A stretch of 64,000 nucleotides of DNA, taken from contig CAWIEK010000049.1 in the NCBI GenBank assembly GCA_963835065.1, forward strand, positions 96,001 through 160,000. The letters run 5' to 3'. Shown here one piece after another: positions 50,479-59,378 of the stretch (positions are counted from its first letter, which is position 1; every line of letters begins with the position of its first letter). The notes under the pieces were generated by a model. It was not told the origin of the DNA and ran no database searches. It worked only from the letters and a program-made list of their open reading frames with translations. A program made the translations under genes and the position numbers. This DNA is from an uncultured Chthonomonadaceae bacterium. Lineage in GTDB: Bacteria > Armatimonadota > Chthonomonadetes > Chthonomonadales > Chthonomonadaceae.

Positions 50479-51567
50479 ATGCCGGAAAAAAATTACAGCA
50501 AGGTTTGCCTTCAAGAAGACGTCGCGCCGAACCGGCGTGACTTTCTGCGAACAGTAGGGCAGGCTGTCGGGGGCATCGCGCTTGGAAGCGCATTGGCGGG
50601 CGCGACATCGGCGTTTGCGCAGGACAAGGCCGCCGTTGCGCTGACGGCGGGCGCAAAGCCCATTCAGGCGGAAACGCTGGTGAAAACGCTGTTTGACAGC
50701 CTGACGCCCGAACAAACCGCGCAGGTGTGCATGCCCTGGGAACACGCCAAACGCAGCATGGTGCAGGCCAACTGGGGCATTGTGAAAACCAACATCGGCC
50801 AGCAATTCAATGCGGACCAGCAGGAGATGATACGGGGTATTCTGCGCGGCCTGACGACCGAGGAGTGGTATCCCAAAATCACAAAGCAAATGGAAGGCGA
50901 TGCGGGCGGGCTGCAAAACTATTATGTGGCGCTGTTCGGAACGCCCAAGTCCGGCAAGTTTGAGTTCGTGCTGACCGGGCGGCATGTGACGCTGCGCGCG
51001 GACGGACATTCCGACCAGAACGCGGCGTTCGGCGGGCCGATCTTCTACGGCCATGCCGTGAAAGAAACAGAAAACCCGGACCATGCAGGCAACATCTACT
51101 GGCAGCAGTCCGTAAAGGCAAACGCCGTGTTCAGTGCGCTGGACGGCAAGCAGCGCGCGGTTGCACTGCTGGACAAAGCGCCGGAGGAAAGCAAGATAGA
51201 TTTGCAGGGCGCAAATGGAATGTTCCCCGGCATTGCGATTGGCGAACTGGCGCGGGATCAAAAGGCGCTGGTGAAATCCGTGATGCGCGATCTGCTGTCA
51301 CCGTACCGCCCCTCCGACGCCGATGAAGCGATGCGCGACATTGCGGCCAATGGCGGGCTGGACAAAGTGCATCTGTCGTTTTACAAGCAGGACGACCTGG
51401 GCAATGACGGCGTGTGGGACATCTGGCGGCTGGAAGGGCCGGGCTTGGTGTGGCATTTCCGGGGAGCGCCGCATGTGCATACCTGGGTGAATGTCGTCAA
51501 GGATGCCGAAACTCTCGGACGCGCATACGTAAAGTTGGCGGACGGCGCTGCATGTAATGTTTTGTAG
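50479..51567 (+). CDS. DUF3500 protein with Tat signal; true stop probably 51532 if G51508 is an error
   Basis: NRRDFLR; YYVALFGTP, GRHVT, GGPIFYGH, WRLEGP..FRGAPHVH. Confidence 0.8.
   Translation: MPEKNYSKVCLQEDVAPNRRDFLRTVGQAVGGIALGSALAGATSAFAQDKAAVALTAGAKPIQAETLVKTLFDSLTPEQTAQVCMPWEHAKRSMVQANWGIVKTNIGQQFNADQQEMIRGILRGLTTEEWYPKITKQMEGDAGGLQNYYVALFGTPKSGKFEFVLTGRHVTLRADGHSDQNAAFGGPIFYGHAVKETENPDHAGNIYWQQSVKANAVFSALDGKQRAVALLDKAPEESKIDLQGANGMFPGIAIGELARDQKALVKSVMRDLLSPYRPSDADEAMRDIAANGGLDKVHLSFYKQDDLGNDGVWDIWRLEGPGLVWHFRGAPHVHTWVNVVKDAETLGRAYVKLADGAACNVL
51359..51532 (+). repeat. Direct repeat copy 1 (3' end of the DUF3500 gene)
   Basis: Aligns to 52625-52797 with 11 substitutions and 1 indel. 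Confidence 0.95.
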
Positions 51568-51748
51568 GGGCGCAATTTATTGCGCCCTTTGTCATGCTTG
51601 CGCCCTTCATCTTGATTACTGCGCCCTCACAAGGCGGCGGTAGTCTCTCAGTTGCGGTAGATTGTGAGCGTGAGGCGCATATTATAGGCGTGTGGTAGAT
51701 TGCGGGCGTGATGCATCACCGCCGGTACACATTATTTGAACGGTATTG
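51564..51748. repeat. GTAG-type REP element with TTGAACGGTATTG end
   Basis: GTAG-GGGCGCAATTTATTGCGCCC; terminal motif shared with the 41278 and 56830 elements. Confidence 0.7.
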
Positions 51749-51751
51749 CTC

Positions 51752-52162
51752 TTAACCTCTTGTAGTCGCCAGATCGGATGATTTACGAACGGAGTGTGGC
51801 TTGGCGTTGCCGGATGCAGACACGCGAGTAATGTTTGCCACCGTCACACCGCGTTGTTCGGAATTCGCGGCAGGAGTAACGACAATCTGAACGTTGCAGC
51901 CCAGCGCGTTCAGGAACCTTAACAGGCGGTCATAGGTAAAGTGTGTCAACTGCCCACGCCTGATAGCCGAAATTTTGGATTGGGCCGTACCGAGCAATGT
52001 CGCTGCTTGAGTTTGTGTTAAACCCTGTTCGCGGATCAAGCGCGTAATTTCAATCGCTAAATCGGTTTTTGCCAGTTCTTCCTCCGCGTCAGGGATGGCA
52101 AGGTCGGCAAAGACGTTGCTGGAAGATTTTTCAAACGTAACGTTCTCGCTAGTGTTGCTCAT
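51752..52162 (-). CDS. XRE-family HTH antitoxin (HigA-like)
   Basis: SSNVFADL..K..L..I..GLTQTQAA.LLG..QSKIS..RLLRFLNALG. Confidence 0.85.
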   Translation of the reverse strand: MSNTSENVTFEKSSSNVFADLAIPDAEEELAKTDLAIEITRLIREQGLTQTQAATLLGTAQSKISAIRRGQLTHFTYDRLLRFLNALGCNVQIVVTPAANSEQRGVTVANITRVSASGNAKPHSVRKSSDLATTRG

Positions 52163-52593
52163 TGCTTTCCTTCTTGCTTTTGCTCGGCCTGCTCATAATG
52201 CGCGGCATAGTGGGCTTTTGCGGCTTGCAGGCGGGTTTTTACAAGTTCAATATCTGATTGTGGCGTCGCAATACCGGATTTGGACTTCTTCATAAAAACG
52301 TGCAGCACATACACGGCCTTTTCAAATTTAGCTGCATATACGCACCGGTAAGTGTCACCATCATTACTCACGCGCAGTTTCATTACTTCGCTGGCTGACG
52401 AACCCTCTGCCGGGGTCGCGCCTTCCGGCGTTTCGCGCTTCTGTACCTGCCGCAACTGAAAACCGAACCGGCGGCGTACCGATTCCGGCATTTCAAGCAT
52501 TTCGGAACGGGAACCCGAAGCAAACTGAAGTTCCTTATCTGCTGGAGGTATCAACGGTATAGGAACTACGGTTTCGGAACGTTTTTTCCTCAT
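52159..52593 (-). CDS. RelE/ParE-superfamily toxin (HigB/Gp49-like)
   Basis: GFQLRQVQ, TYRCVY, VYVLHVFMKKSKSGIATP.SDIEL..RL; ATGA overlap with the antitoxin, toxin-first order. Confidence 0.85.
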   Translation of the reverse strand: MRKKRSETVVPIPLIPPADKELQFASGSRSEMLEMPESVRRRFGFQLRQVQKRETPEGATPAEGSSASEVMKLRVSNDGDTYRCVYAAKFEKAVYVLHVFMKKSKSGIATPQSDIELVKTRLQAAKAHYAAHYEQAEQKQEGKQ

Positions 52594-52624
52594 AGCTTAT
52601 TATACCAAATAAGTAATAAATTTA

Positions 52625-52797
52625 TGGACAAAGTGCATCTGTCGTTCTACAAGCAGGACGACTTGGGCAATGACGGCGTGTGGGACATCTGGCGTTTGGA
52701 AGGGCCGGGTTTGGTGTGGCATTTCCGGGGAGCGCCGCATGTGCATACCTGGGTGAACGTCGTCAAGGATGCCAAGTTGTCGGACGCCCATACGTAG
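52625..52797 (+). repeat. Direct repeat copy 2 (detached DUF3500 3' end; in-frame ATG at 52624 gives a 57-aa ORF)
   Basis: MDKVHLSFYKQ...KDAKLSDAHT*. Confidence 0.95.
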
Positions 52798-52830
52798 AGT
52801 TTACATTTACAGCAGTCTTGATTGCCGTGA

Positions 52831-52871
52831 AGAAACCGCGCCTCGAAGGTACACTTCGAGGCGCGGTTTCT
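52831..52871. terminator. 18-bp-stem hairpin, probable bidirectional terminator
   Basis: AGAAACCGCGCCTCGAAG-GTACA-CTTCGAGGCGCGGTTTCT. Confidence 0.7.
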
Positions 52872-52902
52872 ATAGGAGGCTGAGGGTAGTCTTGAAGAAG
52901 GA

Positions 52903-53169
52903 CTACTTGGTGGCTTTGGAGCCGACGCCGCCGTCCGCAGGTCCATTGAAGTTCGGGTTGATGCCGATTGTCGCGCCGCCACCGGAGGAAGGGGCGGCAG
53001 CGTCTTTCTTCGCCGGATTATCGGAGGTGGTTGTACCGGTCGCCGGCGTGGTTGCCGCAGGCGTTGTGGTTCCACTGCTCGATGAGTCCGTATCGCTTTT
53101 GCCGCCACAGCCGATCATCGCGACACTGACAATCCCACACAAGAGCAAAGCAAAGATGCGAGTTTTCAT
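52903..53169 (-). CDS. Small lipoprotein downstream of a DUF1559 gene
   Basis: MKTR..AMIGC lipobox; Ser/Thr/Pro-rich. Confidence 0.75.
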   Translation of the reverse strand: MKTRIFALLLCGIVSVAMIGCGGKSDTDSSSSGTTTPAATTPATGTTTSDNPAKKDAAAPSSGGGATIGINPNFNGPADGGVGSKATK

Positions 53170-53171
53170 GG

Positions 53172-54029
53172 TTACGGTCCTGTTACCCACTGGTAGACGG
53201 TCTTGTCGGTCTGCTTGAGCTGGCTCGAGGGAAGCGTTTTGCTCCAGTTGGTTCCCACTGCCGCTTGACCGGGCTGAATGAACTTGACATGTCCGTCGGC
53301 AAAGGCGCAGTTGGCGTTGCCGGATTTGCGCAGGGTCACGCTGCCCGTGAGGTTGCCGGACTCGTAATCCTTAAGCCCGGATGTATTCTGCCAGAAGCCG
53401 CCCGTACCCCAGTTGTCGAAGCAGTAGGGAACGATGGACGCGCAATCCGGCGGATCTACGGTGACCAGGGTCGCAACAGTACCGGCGCCATACCACCAGA
53501 ATTGGTTGCCGAAATCGCCATAGCCCGCGTGACCGGCAAGCATGATCAAAGTGGAGGGACGCGCCAGCGTTGCCAGAGCAGCCGGAACGCGCGGCCAGGG
53601 GTTTTTGCTTGTGTCGCTACTGGGGCTGAGCGCCGTATAGTTGTATCCATACTGCGTCAGGTACGGCCACCAGGAGCTTGCCGGGGAAAAGGAGCCGGCA
53701 ATGGGCGCGCCCAGAGGATCGCCGAAGATTTGGACGTTCTTCTCATAGGGCAGAATGTTCCATGCCCAGGTAGTAACGGCCTGTCCGCCCAGGTTGATGG
53801 GACCCTGAACGCCCCAGTTCATGTCCTGGACAAAGGTTTCATCGTAGTCCTGCACGTACATCAGGACACCGAGGGACTGCTGGCGCAGGTTGCTCTGGGA
53901 GCTTGTGCCGCGCGCCGCTTGCCGCGCTTGGGCGAAGACCGGGAACAGAATGGCTGCCAGGATCGCGATAATGGCGATCACGACGAGCAACTCAATCAGT
54001 GTAAAACCTGACTGAAATTTTCGTTTCAT
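53172..54029 (-). CDS. DUF1559 prepilin-type protein (H-X9-DG variant with Lys for His)
   Basis: [45 protein letters not shown]. Confidence 0.9.
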   Translation of the reverse strand: MKRKFQSGFTLIELLVVIAIIAILAAILFPVFAQARQAARGTSSQSNLRQQSLGVLMYVQDYDETFVQDMNWGVQGPINLGGQAVTTWAWNILPYEKNVQIFGDPLGAPIAGSFSPASSWWPYLTQYGYNYTALSPSSDTSKNPWPRVPAALATLARPSTLIMLAGHAGYGDFGNQFWWYGAGTVATLVTVDPPDCASIVPYCFDNWGTGGFWQNTSGLKDYESGNLTGSVTLRKSGNANCAFADGHVKFIQPGQAAVGTNWSKTLPSSQLKQTDKTVYQWVTGP

Positions 54030-54462
54030 GATTTCTCTCCGTTAGGTGAATGGTTTGTTAGGTCAAACCAGAAGGATAGCGTATGAGAAGCGAACACAAT
54101 TTAGGGGCAGGGCTGAAATATGGAAAATTATGAAATAGTTCAGTGAACGCACATTCAGGCTGCCTGTAGTCTAGCAATCACCTTCTTTCACAAATTGAAC
54201 AGTTTAACATGCGTTCCGTTTCTAAAACGAAAATACCACGCAACAAGAGAAACGCTCAAGGAAATGTTTGTGAGTTTCTCGCTTGCGTGGCTGCATCGCC
54301 TGCAATGTCTGTCTGTCTTATGTGAGGTATTATCCCGGAAATAGGCTCAAATGTCAAGGGCTATTATCGAAGTTGGCACAAAATTTATGAAATTTGTACT
54401 AAATCCACGTATGAAGCTCTTTACAATCGTATTTTTAGGCTTTGGAGGTTATCAGAGCGTTG

Positions 54463-55128
54463 TCAAAGGGAGGATGGAAAGTGACGGCGCTGCCACCATG
54501 CTGCGTCAAATGTTTCTAATAGCCTGCCTACTTCGCAGAGCGGCAGCCCAACAACATTGAAAAAATCGCCGTCAAAACTTTCGATGAAAGGAGCCGCATA
54601 ACCTTGCGCGCCATACGCCCCGGCTTTATCGCGCGGCTCTCCTGTAGCGATGTAGTCGAGGATCATGGCTTCGGAAAGCGGACGGAAGCGGACGCGCGTA
54701 CACACGGCAGACGTGACATGGGGCGCGCTCCAGTCGTTGCGGCCTGCGGTCAGGATTGCGACGCCGGTATACACCCGATGCGTTCGCCCGGACAACTGCT
54801 GTAACATGCGCAAAGCATCCCGGTCATCGGCAGGCTTGCCCAGAGGAACGCCCCACTCCGAATCGTCGGGCGTGACAAGCGTATCCGCGCCAAGCACCAG
54901 CCCACCTGTCACGCGGCTTGCCACTTCCTGCGCCTTATTCGCGGCAAGCTGCATGACGTAAGCAGGCATGTCAATGGGAACAACAGGAGACGGCGGCTCC
55001 TCATAGCGGCTGGGCACGACTGTGAAAGGCAAGCCAAGCAGCGCAATCAGTTCCCTCCGTCGCGGCGACGCCGAAGCCAATATCAACCCCGGCTCAATTG
55101 CCGTCCGTTTGACTTCTTCATCCTTCAT
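54463..55128 (-). CDS. maf: Maf-family nucleotide pyrophosphatase
   Basis: LILASASPRRREL, LGADT, GKP, DKAGAYGAQ, NVVGLP. Confidence 0.93.
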   Translation of the reverse strand: MKDEEVKRTAIEPGLILASASPRRRELIALLGLPFTVVPSRYEEPPSPVVPIDMPAYVMQLAANKAQEVASRVTGGLVLGADTLVTPDDSEWGVPLGKPADDRDALRMLQQLSGRTHRVYTGVAILTAGRNDWSAPHVTSAVCTRVRFRPLSEAMILDYIATGEPRDKAGAYGAQGYAAPFIESFDGDFFNVVGLPLCEVGRLLETFDAAWWQRRHFPSSL

Positions 55129-55143
55129 CCTTCATCCTTCATT
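55117..55143. repeat. (ATGAAGG)n array on the minus strand between the ANTAR-gene stop and maf
   Basis: Four ATGs 7 nt apart (55142, 55135, 55128, 55121). Confidence 0.9.
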
Positions 55144-55144
55144 C

Positions 55145-55723
55145 TTAAATCAAATCCGCCGCCGTGATGATACTTTGCGCGATTTCGCGCATTTTCTTGT
55201 TCTGATTCCGCGCCTGGAAATGAATGCGCTTGAAGGCTTCTTCTTCGCTCATACGATGGCGATCCATGAGAATGCCTTTGGCGCGCTCGATCAGTTTGCG
55301 TGTTTCCAGCGTTTCCTTCAGCTCATCAATTTCTTTGGTTTGATTCATAATCTGCCGGAAGCGGCGAACGGCCATTTCCAGCGCGGGGGCCAGGTCTTCC
55401 TTGCGAAACGGCTTCATGAGGTACGCAAGCGCGCCCGTATCGCTGGCCTGCTCCACCAGTTCCTGTTCGTTAAAACTGCTGAGGAACAGAATGGCGCAGG
55501 GGGTTTCGTTGAGGATGCGGCGCGCAGCCTCAATGCCGTCCATCACGGGCATTTTGATGTCCATGATAATCACGTCGGGCTTGTGGATGCGCGCGGCTTC
55601 AATGGCCTGTGCGCCGTCGCCTGCTTCCGCAATGACAACATGGCCCAGTTTTTCCAAACGCGCCCTAATAATGGTGCGGGTGAGCTGCTCGTCTTCTGCA
55701 ATGACTGCTTTTAAGGGTTCCAT
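55145..55723 (-). CDS. REC-ANTAR response regulator (PdtaR-like)
   Basis: IAEDE, IMDIKMP, MKPF; LETRKLIERAKGILM..EEEAF. Confidence 0.92.
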   Translation of the reverse strand: MEPLKAVIAEDEQLTRTIIRARLEKLGHVVIAEAGDGAQAIEAARIHKPDVIIMDIKMPVMDGIEAARRILNETPCAILFLSSFNEQELVEQASDTGALAYLMKPFRKEDLAPALEMAVRRFRQIMNQTKEIDELKETLETRKLIERAKGILMDRHRMSEEEAFKRIHFQARNQNKKMREIAQSIITAADLI

Positions 55724-55777
55724 AAACTCTATGCTCCTACATCATGGCGCAGTGGGGCTTTACCGCTTGTGCCTGCT

Positions 55778-55857
55778 AAGTTGATAGTTGATAGTTCGTA
55801 GTTGATAGGAATGCAGGAGCTAGGAACTATCAACTATCAACTATCAACTATCAACTT
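55778..55857. repeat. Inverted heptamer arrays (AGTTGAT)n / (CTATCAA)n
   Basis: Read directly. Confidence 0.9.
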
Positions 55858-56005
55858 CCTGGCGCAAACCCCTCCACCTTCCTGACTTCTTGATCCAGGC
55901 AAAAAGGACTATTGAAGAGAGTAGTTTGCCGGTGACTTCTTAATTACGCGCCGTTGGCAAAAATTCCTGCATTGTTCCCGATTTTTGTGGCAGTCTTGAA
56001 AATAG

Positions 56006-56047
56006 CCCTCATCCCCAGCCTTGTCTCCCCAATTTGGGAGAAAGGGA
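56006..56047. repeat. CCCTC..TCTCCC-N-GGGAGA..GGG REP-like hairpin
   Basis: Related degenerate copies at about 34035-34071 and 39262-39286. Confidence 0.5.
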
Positions 56048-56111
56048 GGCGCTTTTCATGCGCAAAGGGACGCGAAGCGCATGAAGATTGTACACAAAAG
56101 AAAAAATATAC

Positions 56112-56149
56112 AAAAAGGACGTAAGGAACTGAGGTAGTTCCTTACGTCC
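56112..56149 (-). terminator. Intrinsic terminator of the KGG gene
   Basis: 14-bp stem GGACGTAAGGAACT/AGTTCCTTACGTCC followed by T5 on the minus strand. Confidence 0.75.
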
Positions 56150-56190
56150 CATCGCGCTTGAATTTTTGTTTGCTGCCAGGTGGAAATAGT

Positions 56191-56496
56191 TTAGCGGCTG
56201 CGGTCGCCCACTGTGGCGACTTCGCCGCGAGATTGTCCGCCCTTGCGTCCAATATCGGCCATGTGCTGACGGTCGCGGGAAACGGCTTCGCCCCCCTTAC
56301 GCCCGATAGCGGCCATGTGTTCGCGGTCACGCGCCACTTTCTGGCCTCCTTTACGCCCGGCTTCGGCATGGCCTTCCGGGTTTCCGTGCCAGCCGCGCCC
56401 GCCTGCGTCCTGCTGAGAGGATTCATGCTCACGCGCCTGTGTCTCTGTGTCCTGCGGGGAAGCGGTATTCGCGCTTGGTGTTCGTTTCGCTGCCAT
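56191..56496 (-). CDS. KGG-repeat general stress protein
   Basis: AGGAG RBS; three GRKGG repeats (DREHMAAIGRKGG). Confidence 0.88.
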   Translation of the reverse strand: MAAKRTPSANTASPQDTETQAREHESSQQDAGGRGWHGNPEGHAEAGRKGGQKVARDREHMAAIGRKGGEAVSRDRQHMADIGRKGGQSRGEVATVGDRSR

Positions 56497-56829
56497 TGCT
56501 GCTGCTCCTGTATTGCGTGGTGCCGGATACGTTCGTTTACCGTCGAGAGTAAACTGCAAGTGGAAGGCTGCGGGCAGGACAGCGGCGGAAACATGAGATA
56601 TGAGGAACAAAATCGTAAACGTTTAGCGGACAGTCCGATGTTCCGCCGTGATTGCCTGCGCAAGCATCCCGCTTTCGGTGCAAGGACGGCCTTAACAGGC
56701 GGCTTGTTCCTGAAAAAAGCGCGGCTATCGTGTAAATTTTCGGCAGTTTACATCCGCCTACAGGTTTGTATGGCACGGTGGCGTAATGGGAATCCAGTAT
56801 TTGCGCGGGGATAAAATAAGTAAGCATTC

Positions 56830-56981
56830 GTAGGGACACAACATGTTGTGTCCTCCTGCGGCAGCGTGTCCTCCTGCGGCAGCGTGTCCTCCTGCGGGGA
56901 TAGATGAGAACGCGGGCACAATATTACCAATGTGGACACAACATGTTGTGTCCCTACGAACGCTGTTTTGAACGGTATTGG
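56830..56981. repeat. GTAG-type REP doublet with an internal 18-bp tandem repeat
   Basis: GTAG-GGACACAACATGTTGTGTCC...GGACACAACATGTTGTGTCC-CTAC; nearly three copies of GTGTCCTCCTGCGGCAGC; ends TTGAACGGTATTGG. Confidence 0.85.
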
Positions 56982-57050
56982 GGTTAAAACGCATACAGCA
57001 GCAAACCGTGAGAAATTTGCTGCTGTATGCGATGCTTGGTTCAAGAGGTA

Positions 57051-59378
57051 CTAGCGTCGCGGGCGGAAACGAGCCTTGGGCACGTCGTCGCCTTCCTCTT
57101 CTTCGGGCGGCGCTTGCGGCTGTGGTTCCGGGCGCGGGGCGCGGTCACGGTCGTTGAAGCGCGGGCCGCCTCTGTCGCCGCCCCTGTCGCCACCCCGGTC
57201 ACGGTCGCCGAAGCGTCCGCCACCACCCCCGCTGCCACGATCATTGCGGTCGCGGGGCGGGCGTCCATCATCCGGGCGCTTTGCCATGTTCGCGTCGAAG
57301 GGCTGATCCAGATTGATGGCCGACAGGTTGATGCGTCCCTGCTGATCCACTTCGATAACGCGCACCTGTATCTCGTCGCCCACTTTGACGGCTTCTTCGG
57401 GACGGCGCACGGGCGGGTTTTTCAAATGGCTGACATGAACCAGTCCTTCGCGTCCGGGCATGATTTCCACGAATGCGCCCATGCCGATAAGCCGGGTTAC
57501 TTTACCCGTGAACAGGCCGCCCACTTCCATTTCGCCGACCATGCCCAGGATGATGTCGGCTGCGCGCCGGCCCGCTTCCTGATCCACTGCGGCGATAAAG
57601 ATTTTGCCGTCCTGCTGAATGTCAATCTGCGCGCCCGTATCCGCCGTGATCTTCTTGATCATCTTGCCGCCCGGGCCGATGACTTCGCCGATGCGCTCAG
57701 GATTGATGACGATGGTGAAGATGGAAGGCGCGTACTTGCTCAGGTGTTCGCGGGGCGCGGCAAGGGCATCCGTGATTTTGCCCAGGATGTGCAGCCTGCC
57801 GATGCGGGCCTGTTCCAGCGCCTGCACCATGACTTCGCGGGGTAGCCCCTGAATTTTGCAGTCCAGCTGAATGGCGGTCACGCCGTCAGCCGTTCCGGCC
57901 ACTTTGAAGTCCATGTCGCCCGAAAAGTCTTCCATGCCCTGAATGTCGGAAAGCACGGCAAACTTGTCATCCAGCGTCATCAAGCCCATAGCGATACCGG
58001 CAACCGGAGCGGAGATTTTCACGCCCGCGTCCATCAGCGCAAGCGTGGAACCGCATACGGACGCCATAGACGTAGAGCCGTTGGATTCCAGCACTTCGCT
58101 TTGCAGCAGCATGGCGTAGGGGAATTCTTCCGTGGGCGGGAGTACGGGAACCAGGGCGCGCTCTGCCAATGCGCCGTGTCCGATTTCGCGCCGTCCCGCG
58201 CCGCGCAGGGGGCGCACTTCGCCAACGGAATAGGGCGCGAAGTTGTAGTAGTGCATGTACTGCTTCTTCTCGTCCACTTCCAGATTGTCCACAACCTGCG
58301 CTTCGCTGGTCGCGCCCAATGTCAGGCACGTCAGGACTTGCGTTTGACCGCGCGTGAACAAGCCCGTGCCGTGTACGCGGGGCAATAAACCGACTTCGCA
58401 GGTAATAGGACGAATCTCGTCTACCTTGCGGCCATCGGGACGAATGCCTTCCTCAATGATGAGGGCGCGAATCTGGTGCTTGATGGCTTTTTCCGCGGCA
58501 TCGGCAATGTCGCTCTTCTGCTCGGGAAATTCCGCCAGTAGCTGCGCGACGATTTCTTTCTTCAGGTCGCCGATAGCCGATTCGCGGGCGGCTTTGTCCG
58601 GGTTCTGAATGGTGGCGCGGATGTTAGCGTCCATCTGGTCGTGGATGGCCTGCATAATGGCTTTGTCGGGCAGATGAAGCGTGACTTCCATCTTTTGAAC
58701 GCCTACTTTTGTCGCCAATTCCTCCTGCATATCGCACTGCAGGCCGATCACTTCATGGGCAGCGTCAATGGCGTTCATCAGGTCGGTTTCATTGACGAAG
58801 TTGGTTCCGGCTTCGATCATCAAGACCGCTTTTTTGGTTCCCGCAACCACTAAATCCATGTCCGACTCGCCCAATTCGGCAAGCGTGGGGTTCATAATCA
58901 GCTTGCCGTCCACGCGCCCGACCCGCACGGCTCCGATGGGACCGCCGAAGGGAATGTTGGATACGGTCAGGGCGGCGCTGGCGGCAACCATAGCGAGGGT
59001 ATCGGAAAGGTTGTCGGCATCCACGCTGAGGGGCAGGGCGATCACTTGAACGTCATTGCGCATACCATCGGGGAACAGGGGACGCAGCGGGCGGTCAATC
59101 AAACGGGACGTCAGGACGGCTTTTTCGGAGGGCTTGCCGCCGCGCTTGACAAAGCCGCCGGGGATTTTGCCGACTGCGTACTTGCGCTCTTCGTAGTCGC
59201 AGGTAAGGGGGAAGAAATCAATACCCAAGCGGGGTTCCTGGCTCATGGTGGCGGTCGCCATAACAATGGTTTCGCCCTGATACAGCCAGACCGCGCCGTT
59301 GGCCTGCTTGGCGACTTTGCCCGTTTCCAGGCGCAAAGTCCGTCCGGCCAATTCACGCTCGACGGTGATAGACAACAT
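57051..59378 (-). CDS. pnp: Polyribonucleotide nucleotidyltransferase (PNPase)
   Basis: ETGKVAKQANGAV, RLIDRPLRPLF, RREIGHG, ESNGSTSMASVC, GDMDFKVAGT; KH and S1 domains. Confidence 0.98.
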   Translation of the reverse strand: MLSITVERELAGRTLRLETGKVAKQANGAVWLYQGETIVMATATMSQEPRLGIDFFPLTCDYEERKYAVGKIPGGFVKRGGKPSEKAVLTSRLIDRPLRPLFPDGMRNDVQVIALPLSVDADNLSDTLAMVAASAALTVSNIPFGGPIGAVRVGRVDGKLIMNPTLAELGESDMDLVVAGTKKAVLMIEAGTNFVNETDLMNAIDAAHEVIGLQCDMQEELATKVGVQKMEVTLHLPDKAIMQAIHDQMDANIRATIQNPDKAARESAIGDLKKEIVAQLLAEFPEQKSDIADAAEKAIKHQIRALIIEEGIRPDGRKVDEIRPITCEVGLLPRVHGTGLFTRGQTQVLTCLTLGATSEAQVVDNLEVDEKKQYMHYYNFAPYSVGEVRPLRGAGRREIGHGALAERALVPVLPPTEEFPYAMLLQSEVLESNGSTSMASVCGSTLALMDAGVKISAPVAGIAMGLMTLDDKFAVLSDIQGMEDFSGDMDFKVAGTADGVTAIQLDCKIQGLPREVMVQALEQARIGRLHILGKITDALAAPREHLSKYAPSIFTIVINPERIGEVIGPGGKMIKKITADTGAQIDIQQDGKIFIAAVDQEAGRRAADIILGMVGEMEVGGLFTGKVTRLIGMGAFVEIMPGREGLVHVSHLKNPPVRRPEEAVKVGDEIQVRVIEVDQQGRINLSAINLDQPFDANMAKRPDDGRPPRDRNDRGSGGGGGRFGDRDRGGDRGGDRGGPRFNDRDRAPRPEPQPQAPPEEEEGDDVPKARFRPRR

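Noticed and set aside
51359..52797. Diversity-generating retroelement TR/VR pair
   Set aside because: Differences are synonymous and not confined to adenines of one copy on either strand; no reverse transcriptase in the window.
56848..56897. CRISPR array
   Set aside because: The 18-bp units are directly tandem with no spacers, lie inside a REP element, and there are no cas genes.
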